NCBI RefSeq assembly: GCF_003945235.1
Contig: NZ_RSDW01000001.1
Span: forward strand, 5,430,001 to 5,462,000
Length of the DNA: 32,000 nucleotides
Reading direction: 5' to 3'
From: Edaphobacter aggregans
GTDB taxonomy: Bacteria; Acidobacteriota; Terriglobia; Terriglobales; Acidobacteriaceae
The stretch's first letter is position 1; each line of letters opens with the position of its first letter. The position numbers were made by a program, and so were the translations under genes. Of this stretch, positions 1 through 9,400 are shown piece after piece. A model generated the notes under the pieces. The model saw nothing but the letters and a program-made list of their open reading frames with translations, was not told the DNA's origin and made no database searches.

Positions 1-151
1 CCTGAACGGATGGGGTCGCAGTTTTCTTTGACTGTTTACGATTGGTTGTAGTCGATCGAGTGGTAGTCGATGCAGGCGTCTGGGCCAACGTGGCGGTCGC
101 CAGCATAGCAAAGAGAACGGTAACGAGGGTCAATTTGCGTTGTGTTTTCAT
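1..151 (-). CDS. hypothetical secreted protein, N-terminal part (gene runs off the left edge)
   Basis: ATG at 151 (cat on + strand 149-151) is preceded by GGAGG (cctcc at 156-160). Translation MKTQRKLTLVTVLFAMLATATLAQTPASTTTRS... has a classic n/h/c signal peptide. It is absent from the ORF track because it is truncated to about 50 aa. Confidence 0.45.
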   Translation of the reverse strand, partial: MKTQRKLTLVTVLFAMLATATLAQTPASTTTRSTTTNRKQSKKTATPSVQ

Positions 152-381
152 ATAGCCTCCGACAGAGTCGCGAAACAGAAACTTTTCTTCGAGGGACGTC
201 TTGTGACCTGGTCCTGGATTGTTACTGAACAGAAAGACGTAGGTGTCTCGAGCCGATTCTTTTATCCGTTAGGTATGAATTCAGCCATGAAGACAGTAAG
301 TTTCACAAATGCGAGATGATTCAATTTGGTTACATTGATAATTTGAGAAGTCATATTGTGGCGTGCCGCAAGCAAAATTAG

Positions 382-1803
382 CTAACCTATGGGAACTTCG
401 ATATGACACAGAGCACCAATTGATTGAGCCGCATCGAAATAAATACATCCATGAGTTGTTTCGATCGCAAGCTTTGCGATTGCCAATCCTAACCCGACGC
501 CCTCTCCGCGGGATGAGCGAGCTTCTCCACCGCGAAAGAAACGCTCAAAAACTCGGTTCTGGTCGATAGCAGCGATTCCGGGCCCCTGGTCGAGGATCGA
601 TAAGCGCAGAAATCTCTGTGTGTTTCGTGCGACAGGCTGATAAGAGCAGACGATAATCGAATTGGCAGGCGAGAACTTCACGGCATTGTGAAGCACATTT
701 AAAACACAAGCGCGGAGAAGGGTTCGATCAGCGGTCACATGAGTCTCCGACTCCTCCGGGTTTCGTTGCACAATGGCGATGTCACGTTCCTCTGTGACGA
801 CATCCAGAAGATCAATAATCTCTTCTACGAGCTCGCGGAGGGAGAATGATGTGACGGTCAGCTGAATCTCCCCCGCCTCCGCTTTCGAGATCATGAGTAA
901 ACCCTCTACGGTTTGGTTGAGCCGTGATGTTTCTTCGAGCATGCTGCTAACAGCGTCCCGATATGCTTCTTGACTCTGACCTGAACGAAGAGAGGCTTCG
1001 CCCACCACACGAATCGACGCTAGAGGAGTTTTCAATTCGTGAGCGGCATCGGCGGTAAAGCGTTGCAATTGGAGAAAGGACCTCTCCAAACGTGACAGCA
1101 AAGAGTTTATGACAGCTGCCATTCGGCCCAATTCATCGTGTTCATCTTCAATTTGCAACCGACCGCTTAAATTATTGGCAGTTATTTTCTCAGCGCGTGA
1201 AGCCATCGATTCAAGAGGGGCCAGTGCCCGACAGGCGATACGGTATCCGGCGAACCCCGCAAGGGCTAAAGCAGGTGGCAGAGCCAGCAAGAGCGAAAGT
1301 AGGAATTTCTCTAATCTGGAAGCTAACGGAGATAGGCTGTAACCGAGCCGAATGAGCAGTATTCGACCCGCGACAGGGTGACGGTGACTAATGATCAAAA
1401 CCCAAGTGCCATCTGCAAGGCGTTCTGTCCGGTCATCGAAAGATGTCGCTCCTTCATCTTTTCCCGGAGCCACGCTGCCCAACGGCATTGAATTGAGGGT
1501 GTCGCTTCGATAAAGTACATTTCCCGTGAGCTCGCGAACCTCCATGAGACGATCAACCAGCAAATGGGATTGAGGATGCGAATAATAATCCTGTCGTAGG
1601 CGAAGCACTTCCTGACCGTCGAAGTACAAAAGGCCTTCGACCGTTTCCATGTCCTGAACCATATCGTGGTAGATCTGAGTTCTTAGAATGGTGTACTGGA
1701 AGATACAGACGACGACTATGTAGATCGCCAAAATGGAGGCAAGCACCCCTACATACCAAAGCGTCAATCGCGTGCGCACGCTTTTAGGTCGCAAACGTTT
1801 CAT
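382..1803 (-). CDS. sensor histidine kinase, heavy-metal (CusS/CzcS)-like architecture
   Basis: 473 aa. It has an N-terminal TM (LTLWYVGVLASILAIYIVVVCIF), a ~130-aa periplasmic loop, a second TM and a HAMP-like linker. H-box is AAHELKTPLASIR; N/G boxes are VLHNAVKF, DQGPGI and GVGLGLAIAK. An ATGA start/stop overlap couples it to the upstream response-regulator gene. Confidence 0.9.
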   Translation of the reverse strand: MKRLRPKSVRTRLTLWYVGVLASILAIYIVVVCIFQYTILRTQIYHDMVQDMETVEGLLYFDGQEVLRLRQDYYSHPQSHLLVDRLMEVRELTGNVLYRSDTLNSMPLGSVAPGKDEGATSFDDRTERLADGTWVLIISHRHPVAGRILLIRLGYSLSPLASRLEKFLLSLLLALPPALALAGFAGYRIACRALAPLESMASRAEKITANNLSGRLQIEDEHDELGRMAAVINSLLSRLERSFLQLQRFTADAAHELKTPLASIRVVGEASLRSGQSQEAYRDAVSSMLEETSRLNQTVEGLLMISKAEAGEIQLTVTSFSLRELVEEIIDLLDVVTEERDIAIVQRNPEESETHVTADRTLLRACVLNVLHNAVKFSPANSIIVCSYQPVARNTQRFLRLSILDQGPGIAAIDQNRVFERFFRGGEARSSRGEGVGLGLAIAKLAIETTHGCIYFDAAQSIGALCHIEVPIG

Positions 1804-2504
1804 TCACTGGACTCCCCAAGAATGAAGCCAACTCCCCTCACCGTTCTCAGGAGTTTCTGCGGGTAGGGATCGTCAAGTTTCCTGCGGAGCCGAGTAATTT
1901 GGACATCTATCACGTTATCTATTGGGGTGAACCGAGAGGTTTCGTTCCAAACATCCCGTGCTAGCATTTCACGAGATACGGTCCGTCCTCGGTTCTGAAA
2001 TAAATAGACCAACAGGTCGAATTCTCGCATGGTTAGCTGCAGACTGATTCCAGCACGGAAAGCAGTCCGGGTATCAAGATTAACTTGAAGGTCGGCAAGC
2101 TTGAACTCGGTAAGGGTCGTTGCTTTTCCTCTACGCAAAATAGCTCTTAACCTTGCAGACAGTTCCGGAATGGAGAAGGGCTTGAGGAGAAAGTCGTCGG
2201 CCCCAGCATCGAGCGCAGCAACCCTGTCTTCGATCGAGCTGTTCGAGGTAAGGATGAGCACGGGGATCTGGATACTCATGTTGCGAATCTGCTGAAGCAA
2301 TTCCATTCCGCTGCGACGGGGAAGCCCAAGGTCGAGCACGATCAAATCTGGTTTTAGATTGTGCAGAATGAAGAATGCTTCCTCGCTTGTGGGTGCGGTA
2401 GTGACTTCGTATCCGGCCGCGCGTAGTCCCTCAGCGATCGCGTCAGATATCTTCTGTTCATCTTCAACGACAAGCACTCGGTGCGAGGACGGTGCAGTTC
2501 CCAA
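1800..2504 (-). CDS. OmpR/PhoB-family response regulator (CusR-like)
   Basis: 234 aa. Receiver domain shows VLVVEDE ... DLIVLDLGLP ... LLKPF; the C-terminal winged helix shows LTMREFDLLVYL ... TVRGVGFIL. TTG start at 2504 has a GGGAG SD 8 nt upstream. Confidence 0.92.
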   Translation of the reverse strand: MGTAPSSHRVLVVEDEQKISDAIAEGLRAAGYEVTTAPTSEEAFFILHNLKPDLIVLDLGLPRRSGMELLQQIRNMSIQIPVLILTSNSSIEDRVAALDAGADDFLLKPFSIPELSARLRAILRRGKATTLTEFKLADLQVNLDTRTAFRAGISLQLTMREFDLLVYLFQNRGRTVSREMLARDVWNETSRFTPIDNVIDVQITRLRRKLDDPYPQKLLRTVRGVGFILGESSE

Positions 2505-2564
2505 TTACGATCTCCCAATCCCATCATTGAGCAGATCCGCCTCAATATGCAACAAGTTAGATTG

Positions 2565-2607
2565 CCTTACACGCCGTCGTAAGGTAAATGTCAGAATCCC
2601 GTAAGTG
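2565..2607. promoter_or_regulatory. candidate response-regulator binding region in the divergent promoter
   Basis: Inverted repeat CCTTAC-N8-GTAAGG lies at 2565-2584. CGTAAG occurs as a direct repeat at 2578 and 2600, exactly 22 bp (two helical turns) apart. The region sits 40-80 nt upstream of the ATG at 2647, inside the 142-bp RR/efflux intergenic region. Confidence 0.3.
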
Positions 2608-2646
2608 TCTCTAGTGATTCAATTTGATTTGAGGGACACCGAATTT

Positions 2647-3441
2647 ATGATTCTGAAATCGTTCTTTGCCGTCGCGATCTTCACTGCAAATATGGCATTT
2701 TCACAGATCGCTACCGCGACCCCTGCCCAACCTCTTCCTCCAGCAACCACGATTCCGATCGTCTTCACAAAGAGCATCGATGCCAACCACGTTCACGCGG
2801 GCGATCCGATTATGGCTAAAACAACTCAGCTTGTCATACTCGCCGATGAGCATGTGCTGCCTGCAGGATCCCAGATTGTTGGCCACGTCATCGCGGGAAC
2901 TCCATTCACTTTCGATCCAACGCCCTATGCAAAACAGAGGCAATCTACGTTGGAACTCCAGTTCGATGCCATTGTGGATCACGGCAATAAGATTCCCTTG
3001 TCAGTCTATGTTCGTGCAATTGCTGATCCGCTGAGTTCATGGGATGCAACGAAGCCCAAATCAACGGATCTAGATTCGCTGAGCACCACGACACAAATAG
3101 GCGGCGATTTAGTGACGCCTTCGCAATCTGAGGTGCGATCACAGGAAGATGACGTCGTTGGCTACAAACGTCGGGGAGGAGTTTTCGCTCATCTGATCGC
3201 TGCGAAAGGAAATTCACCTGACGGATGCGATGCTTCCGACACGGAGCAGTCCATGGGAATCTTCTCCGCATCCGCTTGCGGACTGTACGGATTTCCAGAT
3301 ACCACTTTCGTTCGTAGCGGACGCAGCGGCGCTACGAGCACGATCCTTCTGGAATCGCGCCGGCGCCCAATGAAGATTTATTCAAAGAGTAATGCGCTGC
3401 TCGAGGTGACCGACGGCGATATGCATCTGGCAGTCCGATAA
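2647..3441 (+). CDS. hypothetical secreted protein (first gene of the efflux-side transcription unit)
   Basis: The ORF track gives 2605-3441. The in-frame ATG at 2647 yields MILKSFFAVAIFTANMAFSQIATA, a clean signal peptide. I recognise no family. His-containing patches are present (DANHVHAGD, GHVIAG, VDHGNK). Confidence 0.6.
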   Translation: MILKSFFAVAIFTANMAFSQIATATPAQPLPPATTIPIVFTKSIDANHVHAGDPIMAKTTQLVILADEHVLPAGSQIVGHVIAGTPFTFDPTPYAKQRQSTLELQFDAIVDHGNKIPLSVYVRAIADPLSSWDATKPKSTDLDSLSTTTQIGGDLVTPSQSEVRSQEDDVVGYKRRGGVFAHLIAAKGNSPDGCDASDTEQSMGIFSASACGLYGFPDTTFVRSGRSGATSTILLESRRRPMKIYSKSNALLEVTDGDMHLAVR

Positions 3442-3518
3442 CAGGCACCTGTTCCATACCTAAATCATTACCACGATGCAAGCAATACAAGACCATCGAC
3501 TGAATTATCGGAGCACGC

Positions 3519-3872
3519 ATGTTACAAGCAGGACAAGCAGTGAAGGTCACCGTTCATCTCAATCAGGACACCGGGGGTGCAACAGGATTTCTACTTGATG
3601 ACTTGTTCAAATTTCTGCGCGCAAACGGGGTTGAAGGTGCGACAGCATTTCGTGCCTATGCAGGGTTCGGCGCGCACCATCAGTTACACACAACCGGAGC
3701 GGGAGATGTCGCCGGTCTGCATCTGCCCGTAATTCTCTATTTCATCGAAACACGAGAAAAAGTTGACTCGATCCTGACCGAGCTCCTTTCACTTGTAACC
3801 GATGGTCTTGTAGAGGCGCAGCCCACAGAGATCTTAAAGACTGCGACGAGTGTGGGCAGGGTAATTGTTTGA
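3519..3872 (+). CDS. DUF190 (UPF0166) PII-like protein
   Basis: 117 aa. The pattern VKVTVHLNQD..., LFKFLRANGVEGATAFRAYAGFG...H...LPVILYFIETREKVDSILTEL matches the DUF190 layout (beta-alpha-beta, GATVxRGxxGFG, LPVxIExVD). GGAG lies 5 nt upstream of the ATG, and there is a 4-nt overlap with the next gene. Confidence 0.8.
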   Translation: MLQAGQAVKVTVHLNQDTGGATGFLLDDLFKFLRANGVEGATAFRAYAGFGAHHQLHTTGAGDVAGLHLPVILYFIETREKVDSILTELLSLVTDGLVEAQPTEILKTATSVGRVIV

Positions 3873-5191
3873 TGGCTCGCCGAAAGCTAACGTTCTTTGT
3901 TTCTCTATCCCTTGTCACCTCATTTTGCGTACCCGCGTTTCCGCAGGTAACGATACCCCCTTTAAGTCCTCCAATCCTGACACTTGATCAAGCTGAGACA
4001 ACGGCCCTTGCAAACCAACCTCGGCTGCTTGCAGCGCAGTTGAGGGCACGCGCCTTTGCTAAGCGTATTGTTGAAACTCGTTCCGGCTATATGCCGCAGG
4101 TGGCGTTTAATGCGACCGGCGTAAGAGTGGCTGATACAGGCACCTCAACAGCGGCGGGGAACATTACAACGTCCGCGATCTCTGACCGCTTTGCGTACGG
4201 CGGGAATCTGGCTCAGCTTGTCACGGACTTCGGTAGAACGAGCGCACTTGTAAGCAGCGCGCGAGCTACGGCTGACGCGCAAAGTGACATTGCCACGCTC
4301 ACCCGTGCTCAGGTGCGCCTCACTGTCATTGAAGCCTACTACCGCGTCCTGGGATCTGAAGCGGTGCTTCGAGCGGCACAAGCAGCTCAAACAAATCGCC
4401 AGCTTATCTCCCGTAGGTTATCTGCACTTGCCGATAACGAGCTTCGCTCCACTCTCGATGTCAACTTCGCCAAAGTCCTGGAAAGCGAAGCCGACCTTGC
4501 GGTCGTCCGTGCGGAAAGCACAGTCGCACAGCAAAGGGTGAAGCTGGCAACTGCAATGGGAATTTCCGCTCCCGTTACGTCACAGTTGCAGGAACCATCT
4601 GCCTCTTCCGACAGTCTTCCGCCAGATGCGGAATCTTTCATGAAAACGGCGGGAGAGTATCGCGCTGATCTCAACGCGGCTAAAGCACAGCAACTTGCGG
4701 CCAATAAATTCGCGCTTTCGGAGCGAAGAATGAGTTATCCGACACTCAATATCCTGGCGGCTGCCGGACAGGTTCCCTTTCACGATCACACTCTACATGA
4801 CGACTACGCTGCCGCTGGATTCAACCTCAATATTCCGATCTTCAACGGCGGCCGCTTTGCTGCCCGTAGAGGAGAAGCTGAACTCGAAGCAAGCGCGCGA
4901 ACGCGCGATGTTCAAGAGATTCAATTGCAGGTCACAGAACAAGTGCGAGATGCCTGGTATCAGGCCGACGAAGCATACCGCAGTCTCGATGTTACCGCCC
5001 GCCTCGTAGCTCAAAGTAAGGAAGCCCTTCGGCTGGCGCAAGACCGCTACGAGGCTGGCCTGGGAAGCATCGTGGAACTCAATGAAGCGCAACTCAACGA
5101 AACGTCGGCCGAAATAACAAGTGCGGACTCGACCTACACCTACCTACTACGCCGTGCGGAACTCGATTTTGCGGCGGGGTTGTTGAATTGA
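3869..5191 (+). CDS. TolC-family outer-membrane efflux protein
   Basis: 440 aa with a signal peptide (LTFFVSLSLVTSFCVPAFPQ). It contains two OEP repeats with long coiled-coil Ala/Gln/Arg-rich segments and typical motifs such as LTLDQAETTALANQP and LDVNFAKVLES. Confidence 0.9.
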   Translation: MMARRKLTFFVSLSLVTSFCVPAFPQVTIPPLSPPILTLDQAETTALANQPRLLAAQLRARAFAKRIVETRSGYMPQVAFNATGVRVADTGTSTAAGNITTSAISDRFAYGGNLAQLVTDFGRTSALVSSARATADAQSDIATLTRAQVRLTVIEAYYRVLGSEAVLRAAQAAQTNRQLISRRLSALADNELRSTLDVNFAKVLESEADLAVVRAESTVAQQRVKLATAMGISAPVTSQLQEPSASSDSLPPDAESFMKTAGEYRADLNAAKAQQLAANKFALSERRMSYPTLNILAAAGQVPFHDHTLHDDYAAAGFNLNIPIFNGGRFAARRGEAELEASARTRDVQEIQLQVTEQVRDAWYQADEAYRSLDVTARLVAQSKEALRLAQDRYEAGLGSIVELNEAQLNETSAEITSADSTYTYLLRRAELDFAAGLLN

Positions 5192-6420
5192 AAGGGATTG
5201 ACATGGTCTTTAACATGCGTACCCCAATGTTGGGACTGCTTACAGCCGTAGGCGCCAGTATACTGACGTCCTGCACATCGGGCGCGCCCCCGTCGGTAGA
5301 AGCCTCGAGCGTACCGTACGCGACGGTCGAACCATCTACGCTGGCGAATGATCTCACACTGTCTGCTGAGTTTCGCCCGTATCAGGAAGTGGATGTGATG
5401 GCCAAGATCGCGGGCTATGTTAAGGACATCGGCGTCGATATCGGCGATCACGTGCAACAGGGAGAGGTACTTGCTGTACTTGAGGTCCCGGAGATTCAGG
5501 ATGAGTTGGCCAAGGCCAAAGCTGGAGTAGCAACCGCGGATGCCAACATTGTAACCGCTGAGGCGGCGGTCACCCATGCACGAGCGGCGGCAAACATCGC
5601 ACACCTTTCATTTCAACGTATCCATGATGTAGCCACGAGAGACAAGGGCTTGGTGCCGCGACAGGATGTAGATGTTGCACAGTCTCGGGATCTCGAAGCG
5701 GCAGCTGAGCTAGCAAGCGCAAACTCTGCCTTGAAGGCGGCGCAGGAACTCCGGACTGGAGCTGAGTCAGAATATTCGCGTGCTCAAGCCATGTCGCAAT
5801 ATGCGACGATACGGGCGCCCTTCACTGGTGTCATTACCAAACGCTACGCAAATCAGGGATCGATGATCCAAGCGGGCACTTCTTCGCAGTCACAAGCTAT
5901 GCCTGTGGTTCGGATAGCGCAGAACGACACGCTCCGTGTCATCGTACCAGTCCCTGTAAACTCCGTTGCTGGCATCAAAGATGGGCAGCCTGTAGAAGTA
6001 AATGTCACGAACCTTGGAATCATGATTCGCGGTAACGTCACCCGTTACGCAAACGCACTACAAATGACCACGCGGACTATGGATACCGAGATCGACGTAC
6101 CAAACCACGATGGGAAGCTTGTACCAGGCATGTATGCGGAGGTGCATTTGCATCTTGCTGCTCGCCCAGATGTGCTGAGCTTGCCCCTCGACGCCGTGGA
6201 TGGTCTTGGAACTAGCGTGCAGCAGGTCTATCTGGTGCAGGGTGACCTTCTCCGTCTCATAAAAATCACTACCGGACTTCAGACATCCTCGCGGGTTGAG
6301 ATTCTCTCAGGTCTAAAACGCGGAGATAAAGTAGTCGTCGGCCGTCACAGTGGTCTCTCCGATGGGGAGAAGGTGGATGCAAGACCAGCTAGCTACGAAT
6401 CAAACGTCGGTCAAAGCTAG
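5188..6420 (+). CDS. RND efflux periplasmic adaptor (MFP/HlyD family), probable lipoprotein
   Basis: The TTG at 5188 overlaps the TolC stop; ATG at 5203 (MVFNMRTPMLGLLTAVGASILTSC, lipobox LTSC) is the more likely start. Biotinyl-lipoyl-like motif is GYVKDIGVDIGDHVQQGEVLAVLE, followed by a coiled-coil hairpin, IRAPFTGVITKR and beta-barrel/MP domains. Confidence 0.9.
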   Translation: MKGIDMVFNMRTPMLGLLTAVGASILTSCTSGAPPSVEASSVPYATVEPSTLANDLTLSAEFRPYQEVDVMAKIAGYVKDIGVDIGDHVQQGEVLAVLEVPEIQDELAKAKAGVATADANIVTAEAAVTHARAAANIAHLSFQRIHDVATRDKGLVPRQDVDVAQSRDLEAAAELASANSALKAAQELRTGAESEYSRAQAMSQYATIRAPFTGVITKRYANQGSMIQAGTSSQSQAMPVVRIAQNDTLRVIVPVPVNSVAGIKDGQPVEVNVTNLGIMIRGNVTRYANALQMTTRTMDTEIDVPNHDGKLVPGMYAEVHLHLAARPDVLSLPLDAVDGLGTSVQQVYLVQGDLLRLIKITTGLQTSSRVEILSGLKRGDKVVVGRHSGLSDGEKVDARPASYESNVGQS

Positions 6421-6449
6421 ATTTCAGTGAGCAAGGAAGAAGAGGTAGC

Positions 6450-9400
6450 ATGTCCGGATTCTCCATCCGAAATCCATATCTAATTGTTGTGCTTTGCCTG
6501 GTCGTGATGATTCTCGGCGTGGTAAGTGTCTCTGACATGCCTATCGACATGTTTCCCTCGATCAATTTACCGGTGGTCGCAGTGGCGACTTTCTATTCGG
6601 GTATGCCCCCGCAGCAAATCGAGACGAACATCACATACCATCTCGAACGTCAGTTCACCCTGGCGAGCGGTATCGATCACATGGAATCGCGTTCGCTGCC
6701 GGGCGTGAGCCTCATAAAGGTGTTTTTTCGGGCTGGGACGGATCCTGACAGCGCAGCCGCGTCGATCTCTTCACTGGCAATGAGTGATCTGAAGGATATG
6801 CCGCCCGGCACTTACCCGCCGATCATCCTCAAACAAGATGCGTCGAGCATTCCTGTAGCACTTGTACCGCTGTCAGGCTCAGGATTGAGTGAAAGCAAAC
6901 TGAAAGACTTGGGCCAAAACTTTGTCCGTAATCAATTAGCTGGAGTGCAAGGCGCATCAGTGCCCCAGCCATTTGGTGGTACGTGGCGACAAATTCAGCT
7001 TTATGTGGATCCTTACAAGCTCGAAGCAAACCAACTAAGTCCGATGGACGTAGTGCGATCCGTCAATGACACCAATGTCATCCTCCCGGCTGGCGATGCG
7101 CAGATTGGGCGTATTGATTACAACATTTACACGAACTCGATGCTTAAGGGGCCTGAAGATATTGCTCAGGTGCCGATTAAGACGGTGGGGCAATCTACTG
7201 TTCGCGTGGGAGATGTTGCAACTCCCCAAGACTCGTTCGGGCGGCAATACAACATCGTTCGCGTAGACGGTCAGCGTGCAGTGTATCTGCCCATCTTCAA
7301 ACAGGGTGGGGACTCCAATACGATCGCGATTGTCGACGGCGTCCGGGCCACCATCAAGAAGCTCTACGATGTGCCCACTTCCTTGCAAGCCACTGTCGTA
7401 TTCGATCAGGCACGCTTCGTCAGAACTGCGATTGAAACGCTAATTCATGAAGGCGGAATCGGTTTGTTCCTCACTTGCCTCATGATTCTGATCTTCCTCG
7501 GCAGTATGCGCGCGACGTTGGCTGTTTTCTTTTCTATTCCACTATCACTTTTTGCTACATTCATCATCCTGCGTCTATCCGGGAGCTCCATCAACAGCAT
7601 GGTTCTTGGCGGTCTAGCGTTGGCGCTCTCACGACTTATCGACAATTCGGTGGTTGTCCTCGAAAACATTTTTCGTCATCTGGAGGGTGGGGAAGCGCCC
7701 GTAGTTGCGGCAGAAAAGGGTGGTCGTGAAGTTGCACTTCCCGTCCTGGCTGGGACACTCACAACCGTTGTTGTGTTCTTTCCAGTCACCATGCTCTACG
7801 GTGTCAGTCGCTTCCTGTTTTCTTCGCTTGCTCTGGCGGTCGTCATCTCGCTATTTGCCTCTTACTTCGTTGCGCTCACTGTTGTGCCACTTTTTTGCGC
7901 GCGGTTCATCAAAAGTGCTCATGGTGACGTGGTTCACGAATCAGCTGAGACAGAATATGACATACCTGCTAAGGCCGACGCCGGGCAATCGGGTATTTGG
8001 GCTCGATTCAATGCGCACTTTACCAAGGGTTTCGATGGCCTCTTGCGAAGATATGACCAGCTTGTAGAGCGCGTCCTGGAGGTCCCGCGTGCCACGCTCG
8101 CTATCTTCGGATTCATCTTCGTGTTCAGTCTGCTCCTTTTTCCACTTCTTGGACTATCGTTTTTTCCAAGGACGGATGCCGGCCAATTCGTGATCAACTT
8201 CAAAGCACCCTCTGGCACACGGCTCGATGCGACCAACCAGGAGACCGCGAAGTTGGAGGGCATTATTCGCCGTATCGTTTCGAAGCACGATATGGGAATG
8301 ATCGTCTCCAATATCGGCGTCAACCCTGGCTTCTCCGCGTTATATTCCCCAAACTCCGCGATGCATACGGGCTTTACCCAAGTTGCTCTAGCCGCAGATC
8401 ATAAGACCAGTAGTTTTGCATACATCGACGAAGTGAAGCACGCTCTCGCGACTGAGATGCCGGAGCTTCAAACCTTTTTTTCGAGCGGCAGTCTCGTCGA
8501 CGGCGTGCTAAACATGGGTGCTCCTGCTCCGATAGATGTGAGAGTCGCAGGCAATGACATGACAGCGGATTACAACATCGCCCAGTCTATCGCTTCACGG
8601 ATCCGCAAGATCAACGGGATTGCAGATGTATATGTGCCGCAGGATATCGACTACCCGTCTCTACGCATCGCGATCGATCGAAACCGAGCGGGCGAACTCG
8701 GCCTGACGGAGAAGGAAGTCGTCTCGAATCTGATCACGGCTCTCACTTCTAATCAGATGATTGCTCCGAGTATCTGGATCGATCCCAACAGCGGGAACAA
8801 TTACTTCCTGACGGTCATGTACAAGGATGGACAGATTAAGTCACTTGATGATCTGAAGGCAATTCCGCTTCATGGTTCGAATGTTGGTCAAACAACCCGT
8901 CTGGACATGGTTGCAGACCTACAACAATTCAACGCTCCAACCGAACTTGACCACACGCAGATTCGCCGTAATGTCGATATCTATGTACGTCCCCAAAGGG
9001 AAGATTTGGGTAGAATCACGCACGAGATTCAAGTCATCGTTAATTCCGCAGATGTGCCCAAGGGCATGAATGTAACGCTAAGCGGAAGCGTCAACTCAAT
9101 GAATGAGTCATTTCATAGCTTCGCGATCGGGTTGATGCTATCGGTGCTCCTGCTTTATCTCATCCTTGTCGCGCAGTTCCGATCTTTCCTGGATCCTTTC
9201 ATTATCCTTCTTGCCCTCCCCCCAGGCCTCATGGGCGTGATGGTTGCACTTCTGGTCTGGCACACCACGCTTAATGTGATGTCTCTTATGGGTGTAGTGA
9301 TGCTCGCCGGAATCTCGTTGTCGAACAGTATTCTCATCGTGGAGTTTGCTCATCATCTATTAAAGGAAGGAATGAGCGTCCGCGATGCAATTGTCACCTC

